NCBI GenBank assembly: GCA_031181105.1
Contig: JAPSLD010000001.1
Coordinates: 1-63,565 of the forward strand
Direction: 5' to 3'
From: Isoptericola sp.
GTDB taxonomy: Bacteria > Actinomycetota > Actinomycetes > Actinomycetales > Cellulomonadaceae
DNA length: 63,565 bases
The position numbers and the translations under genes are program-made. Each line of letters opens with the position of its first letter. Position 1 is the first letter of the stretch. The notes under the pieces were generated by a model, which worked only from the letters and a program-made list of their open reading frames with translations, was not told where the DNA came from and searched no databases. Positions 58,793 through 63,565 of the stretch are shown piece after piece.

Positions 58793-60223
58793 TCAGGCGA
58801 GCGTCACCTCGACGGTGGGGATCGCCGGGTCGCCCGCGGAGAGCCGCCGCGCGCCGCGCGGCAGCTCGGCGCGCGCGGTGCGGTGGTGCTTGACCGCGTT
58901 CTGCACGCCGTACGCGCCGACCCAGCGCGAGTCCACCGCGCCGTCGACCACGAGCGGCACGTGCAGCGGCCGCAGGGCCCCGTCGGCGACGGCGGCCTCC
59001 TCCGGGGTCCACGCGACGACGCGCTCGTCGGGCCCGGTGATCACGACCTCCTCCGTGGCCCGCCCGTCCGGGCCGAGCCGCCGCGCGGCCACCTTGCGCC
59101 CGCCCTGGCTCGACTTCTTCGTCGACGCCTTCGCCACGGGCTGCAGGACGCCCGAGGAGTCGGCGCGCGCGACCAGCTTGTAGACCATCCCGCACGTCGG
59201 CGCGCCGGACCCCGTCACGAGCGACGTGCCGACGCCGTACGCGTCCACCGGCGCCGCGGCGAGCGAGGCGATCGCGTACTCGTCCAGGTCGGAGGTCACC
59301 ACGATCCTGGTGCCCGTGGCGCCGAGCTCGTCGAGCTGCTGGCGGACCTCGACCGCGAGCGAGCCCAGGTCGCCCGAGTCCAGGCGCACGGCGCCGAGCG
59401 ACGTCCCCGCGGCGGCGACGGCGTTCTCGACGCCGCGACGCACGTCGTAGGTGTCGACCAGCAGCGTCGTCCCCGTGCCGTGCGAGGCGACCTGCGACGC
59501 GAAGGCCGACGGCTCGTCGTCGTGCAGGAGGGTGAAGGCGTGCGCGGCGGTGCCGATCGTGTCGAGCCCGTACCGGAACCCCGCCTCGAGGTTGGACGTG
59601 CCGGTGAAGCCGCCGATGACGGCGGCGCGCGCCGCGGCGACCGCGGCCTGCTCGTGGGCGCGGCGCGAACCCATCTCGAGGCAGGGCCGGTCGACGGCGG
59701 CGCTGGTCATGCGCGACGCGGCCGAGGCGACGGCGGAGTCGTAGTTGAGGATCGACAGCACGAGCGTCTCCAGCAGCACCGCCTCGGCGAAGGTGCCCTC
59801 CACCTGCATCAGCGGCGAGCCGGGGAAGAACATCTCGCCCTCGGCGTACCCCTGGATCGTCCCCGTGAAGCGGTAGCCGGAGAGGAAGTCGAGCGTCCGG
59901 TCGTCGACGACGCGCGTGCGCTCGAGGAACGCCAGCTCGGCGTCGTCGAACCGGAAGTGGGGGAGCGCTTCCAGGACCCGTCCCGTCCCGGCCAGCACGC
60001 CGTAGCGACGGCCCGCCGGGAGCCGGCGCGTGAACACCTCGAACACGCAGTGCCGGTGCGCCGTGCCGTCGGCCAGCGCGGCCTGGAGCATCGTCAGCTC
60101 GTACCGGTCGGTGAGCAGCGCGAGCGACGGGCGCAGCGTCGGCCGCGGCGCCGCGGGCAGGGAGACCGGCAGCGTGGCCGGGACGGAGGTCGGGGCGGCG
60201 GCGCCCCGGGTCGCGTCGGTCAT
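58793..60223 (-). CDS. pncB: Nicotinate phosphoribosyltransferase
   Basis: LLTDRYELTM, EMGSRR, GTAAH, LVDTYD, VRLDSGD. Confidence 0.92.
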   Translation of the reverse strand: MTDATRGAAAPTSVPATLPVSLPAAPRPTLRPSLALLTDRYELTMLQAALADGTAHRHCVFEVFTRRLPAGRRYGVLAGTGRVLEALPHFRFDDAELAFLERTRVVDDRTLDFLSGYRFTGTIQGYAEGEMFFPGSPLMQVEGTFAEAVLLETLVLSILNYDSAVASAASRMTSAAVDRPCLEMGSRRAHEQAAVAAARAAVIGGFTGTSNLEAGFRYGLDTIGTAAHAFTLLHDDEPSAFASQVASHGTGTTLLVDTYDVRRGVENAVAAAGTSLGAVRLDSGDLGSLAVEVRQQLDELGATGTRIVVTSDLDEYAIASLAAAPVDAYGVGTSLVTGSGAPTCGMVYKLVARADSSGVLQPVAKASTKKSSQGGRKVAARRLGPDGRATEEVVITGPDERVVAWTPEEAAVADGALRPLHVPLVVDGAVDSRWVGAYGVQNAVKHHRTARAELPRGARRLSAGDPAIPTVEVTLA

Positions 60224-60300
60224 GGGGAACACCGTAGGGCGCGCGGACCGGTCAGGCAGGTCGAGCCCGCGTGGTGGGCGGGCATGCATAGGCTGGGAGG

Positions 60301-60672
60301 GTGAGTACGACGACCGGACCGATGCTCTCGACCCTGGCGGACGCCGGGACGGCGACCGAGGAGGAGACCCGCACCGACACGTGGACGGACGCGGTGCCGG
60401 GGCTGGCCGACCCCTGGGTCACCATCGTGTGGAACGACCCGGTGAACCTCATGTCCTACGTGAGCTACGTCTTCGAGAGCTACTTCGGGTACCCGCCCGC
60501 GAAGGCGCGCAAGCTCATGCTGCAGGTGCACCACGACGGCCGTGCGGTCGTGTCGTCGGGGCCGCGCGAGCGCATGGAGGTCGACGTCCAGGCCATGCAC
60601 GGCTTCGGGCTGTGGGCCACGCTGCAGCCGTCCGGCCAGGGCGCCGCCGGCGCCGAGGGAGGTGCGGCATGA
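60301..60672 (+). CDS. clpS: Clp protease adaptor ClpS
   Basis: [20 protein letters not shown]. Confidence 0.92.
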   Translation: MSTTTGPMLSTLADAGTATEEETRTDTWTDAVPGLADPWVTIVWNDPVNLMSYVSYVFESYFGYPPAKARKLMLQVHHDGRAVVSSGPRERMEVDVQAMHGFGLWATLQPSGQGAAGAEGGAA

Positions 60673-61355
60673 CCCCGTTCCGCTCGACCCCCGACGGGTA
60701 CGTCGCGCACTGGGAGGCGGTGGAGCGGCACGTGCTGGCCCGCGTCGCGCGCGACGTCGCCGAGCTGGTCCGCACCGAGTCGGGCGTCGGGCCCGGCGTC
60801 GAGGCCGGCGAGGGCGTCGCGTTCACCGGCGTCGGCCGCGTGCCCCACGACCCCGCCGTGCAGCGCCTGCTGCCCGACGCGCACAAGGAGGACCCCGACG
60901 TCGCCGCCGACTTCCGGCACCTGACCCAGACCGACCTCGCCACGGCCAAGATCGCCCGCCTCGAGGCGTTCGCCGACGCGCTCGATCCCGACCGTGCCGC
61001 CGCGCGCGTCCTCGACGGTGACCTCGACGAGCCCGAGTGGGACCAGGGGGCCCAGGTCGTCGTGCCGCGGGACGAGGCCCAGGCGTTCGCCGGGGCGCTG
61101 ACCGACGTGCGGATCGTGCTCGCCGAGCGCCTCGAGCTCGACGACGACGCCGCCGTCGAGCAGCTGCACGACGAGGTCATCGCCGGCGTCGCGGGCGACG
61201 ACCTCGACGAGACCGACGACCTCGACGAGACCGACGACGGCGGCCCGGGCGGCGAGCAGCGCCGGTACTGGGGCGGGGTCTTCGTGGCGGCGGGCTTCGC
61301 GCAGGAGTCGCTGGTCGACGAGATGCTGGCGGACCTGCGCGCGCAGCGCGGCTGA
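60669..61355 (+). CDS. DUF2017 family protein
   Basis: [28 protein letters not shown]; follows clpS. Confidence 0.8.
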   Translation: MTPFRSTPDGYVAHWEAVERHVLARVARDVAELVRTESGVGPGVEAGEGVAFTGVGRVPHDPAVQRLLPDAHKEDPDVAADFRHLTQTDLATAKIARLEAFADALDPDRAAARVLDGDLDEPEWDQGAQVVVPRDEAQAFAGALTDVRIVLAERLELDDDAAVEQLHDEVIAGVAGDDLDETDDLDETDDGGPGGEQRRYWGGVFVAAGFAQESLVDEMLADLRAQRG

Positions 61356-61437
61356 CCTGCGCGGGTGTGGCTCGCGCCACCGTGTCCCTGGTCACGTCGC
61401 CGGGTTCTGACGCCCTGTCACCGATAGGCTGCGAGCC

Positions 61438-62241
61438 GTGAACGACGCCCCCATCGGGATCTTCGACAGCGGGGTCGGCGGACTCACCGTCGCCCGCGCG
61501 ATCCTCGGCCAGCTTCCCCACGAGCAGCTGCTCTACATCGGGGACACGGCGAACAGTCCGTACGGACCCAAGCCGCTCGCCGCCGTGCGCGCGATGGCGC
61601 TCGCCGTCATGGACCAGCTGGTCGACGACGGCGTCAAGATGCTCGTCATCGCGTGCAACTCGGCCTCGTCGGTCGCGCTGCGCGACGCGCGCGAGCGCTA
61701 CACGGTCCGCCGCGGCATCCCCGTGGTCGAGGTGATCCTCCCGGCCGCCCGCCGGGCGGTGCTCACCTCGCGCACGGGCCGCATCGGCGTCGTCGCGACC
61801 CAGGCCACGGTCGACTCGCGCGCCTACGACGACGCGTTCCACGTCACCCCGGGGCTGCAGGTCGTCAGCCAGGCGTGCCCGGAGTTCGTGCGCCTCGCCG
61901 AGGAGGGCACGACGTCGGGACCCGAGGCGCTCGCGACCGCCCGCGAGTACCTCGCACCGCTCCAGGCGGCCGGCGTCGACACGCTCGTGCTCGGCTGCAC
62001 CCACTACCCGCTGCTGACCGGCGTCATCTCGTACGTCATGGGCGAGGACGTGACGCTCGTGTCGAGCGCGGAGGAGACCGCCAAGGACGTGTACCGCAAC
62101 CTCGTCGAGCACGACCTCGAGCGCTCGCCCGACGCCGGGCCGCCGGCCCACCGCTTCCGCGCGACGGGCAGCCCGGCGCCGTTCCAGCAGCTCGCGCGCC
62201 GGTTCCTCGGCCCCGAGGTGACGCTGGTGGAAGCCGCATGA
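61438..62241 (+). CDS. murI: Glutamate racemase
   Basis: [22 protein letters not shown]. Confidence 0.95.
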   Translation: MNDAPIGIFDSGVGGLTVARAILGQLPHEQLLYIGDTANSPYGPKPLAAVRAMALAVMDQLVDDGVKMLVIACNSASSVALRDARERYTVRRGIPVVEVILPAARRAVLTSRTGRIGVVATQATVDSRAYDDAFHVTPGLQVVSQACPEFVRLAEEGTTSGPEALATAREYLAPLQAAGVDTLVLGCTHYPLLTGVISYVMGEDVTLVSSAEETAKDVYRNLVEHDLERSPDAGPPAHRFRATGSPAPFQQLARRFLGPEVTLVEAA

Positions 62242-63044
62242 GGCTCGTGACCGTCGGCGTCTCGGGCTCGTTCCCGGGGCCGCACTCGCCCGCCTCGACG
62301 TACCTGGTGCAGGGGCACGACGGCGAGCGCGACTGGAACGTCGTGCTCGACCTCGGCAACGGCGGCCTCGGTGCGCTGCAGCGGCACGTCGACCCGGCCG
62401 ACCTCGACGCGGTGGGGCTGTCCCACCTGCACCCGGACCACTGCGCCGACCTGTCGGGGCTGTACGTGTACCTGCGCTACCACCCGGTGCGCGGGAGCGC
62501 CCGCACCGGGGCCCGCCGGGGCCTGCCCGTGCACGGGCCGTCCGGCACGCGCGAGCGCGCGGCGGCCATGTACGGGCTCGAGCCCGGCGAGACGATGGAC
62601 TCCGAGTACGACTTCCGCACGTGGCGGCCGGGGTCGCCCGTGCGGGTGGGCCCGCTGACGCTCGAGCCGTTCGCGGTGTTCCACCCGGTCGAGGCGTACG
62701 GGATCACGGTGACCGGCCCGTCGTCGGTGCGCCCGGGGGAGACGGCGACGCTGGTCTTCTCGGGCGACACGGACTACTGCGAGTCGCTCGTCGAGGCGGC
62801 CCGCGACGCCGACCTGCTGCTGTGCGAGGCGGCGTTCCAGGAGGGGCGCGACGACGTCGTCGAGCGCGGCATCCACCTCACCGGGCGCCGCGCCGGCAAG
62901 GTCGCCGCGTCCGCCGGGGCGCGCCGGCTGCTGCTCACGCACCTGACGGCGTGGAGCGACCCGGACGTCGCGCTCGCCGAGGCGCGCGAGCAGTACGCCG
63001 GTCCGCTGGAGGCCGCCGTGCCCGGCGGCGTCTACGAGCTCTGA
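62238..63044 (+). CDS. MBL-fold metallohydrolase
   Basis: SHLHPDH, FSGDT, HLT. Confidence 0.88.
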   Translation: MRLVTVGVSGSFPGPHSPASTYLVQGHDGERDWNVVLDLGNGGLGALQRHVDPADLDAVGLSHLHPDHCADLSGLYVYLRYHPVRGSARTGARRGLPVHGPSGTRERAAAMYGLEPGETMDSEYDFRTWRPGSPVRVGPLTLEPFAVFHPVEAYGITVTGPSSVRPGETATLVFSGDTDYCESLVEAARDADLLLCEAAFQEGRDDVVERGIHLTGRRAGKVAASAGARRLLLTHLTAWSDPDVALAEAREQYAGPLEAAVPGGVYEL

Positions 63045-63064
63045 CGCGGCCGGAGGGACCGATC

Positions 63065-63433
63065 GTGCGCAACCAGGTGTGGCCCGCCGTCGTCGCCGAC
63101 GTCGTGTGCGTGCTCGTGTTCACCCTGGTCGGCACCGCGTCGCACGCGACCGCGGGCTCGGCCGGGTACGTCGCCCTCGTGACGCTGCCGTTCCTCGTCG
63201 GGCTCGCCGTCGGCTGGGCCGCCGCCCGCGCGTGGCGAGCGCCGGTGCGCCCGTGGCCGACCGGCGCCGCGGTCTGGTTCTCGACCGTCGTCCTCGGGCT
63301 GCTGCTGCGGCCCCTGGCCGGCGGCGGGTTCGCGTGGAGCTTCGCGGTCGTGACGGCCGTGTTCCTCGCCGCGACGATGCTCGGCTGGCGCATGCTGGCC
63401 GCCCTGCTCGCCCGCCGCAGCATCACGTCCTGA
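63065..63433 (+). CDS. DUF3054 membrane protein
   Basis: ADVVCVLVF...SH, PFLVG, LGWR. Confidence 0.75.
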   Translation: MRNQVWPAVVADVVCVLVFTLVGTASHATAGSAGYVALVTLPFLVGLAVGWAAARAWRAPVRPWPTGAAVWFSTVVLGLLLRPLAGGGFAWSFAVVTAVFLAATMLGWRMLAALLARRSITS

Positions 63434-63565
63434 GCTGTGGGCGGCGACGATCGCGGGGGCGAGGGCGCGCAGCGCCTTGCCGCGGTGGCTGATCGCGTTC
63501 TTCTCCGCGGCCGTCAGCTCGGCCGACGTGCGCGTCCCCGGGGCGCCGTCGGGCCCGGTGGGCTG
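63430..63565 (-). CDS. rdgB: C-terminus of non-canonical purine NTP pyrophosphatase (partial; 3' end uncertain)
   Basis: RTSAELTAAEKNAISHRGKAL; in-frame stop not reached until 63032. Confidence 0.85.

Overview
High-GC actinobacterial chromosome window (gene order typical of Micrococcales). Left core (1-12056): PLP aminotransferase, Tad/Flp pilus cluster, ankyrin protein, prfB, ftsE-ftsX-M23 peptidase-smpB, OsmC-like gene and ssrA (tmRNA). A ~29.2 kb accessory element (12057-41285) starts at the 3' end of ssrA. It is bounded by 8-bp terminal inverted repeats (GGCCTCCT...AGGAGGCC) and a 6-bp direct repeat (ACCGAC), and a likely displaced ssrA terminator follows its right end. Its only mobility genes are a translationally coupled pair: a tyrosine-recombinase-fold protein lacking the catalytic Arg/His/Tyr, and a large IS4/IS1182-like DDE transposase with one frameshift. 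This pair is the best candidate for an undescribed system, a tmRNA-targeting cargo transposon possibly guided by a dead recombinase. The cargo is defence-rich: McrBC with two methyltransferases, Kiwa-like pair, two GIY-YIG nucleases, a stop-interrupted HEPN protein, a PLD-like/RusA-like pair, a phosphoesterase-HAD operon, full and truncated Lsr2, SRAP, EcsC, and a uORF-terminator-tRNA-like RNA locus. Right core (41292-63565): GH97, MFS, a GH20/deacylase/PLP-deaminase/RidA operon, ROK-ROK-nagB, DUF3039-helicase, SGNH esterase, pncB, clpS, DUF2017, murI, MBL hydrolase, DUF3054 and the end of rdgB. All family calls are from motif recognition by eye; no searches were run.
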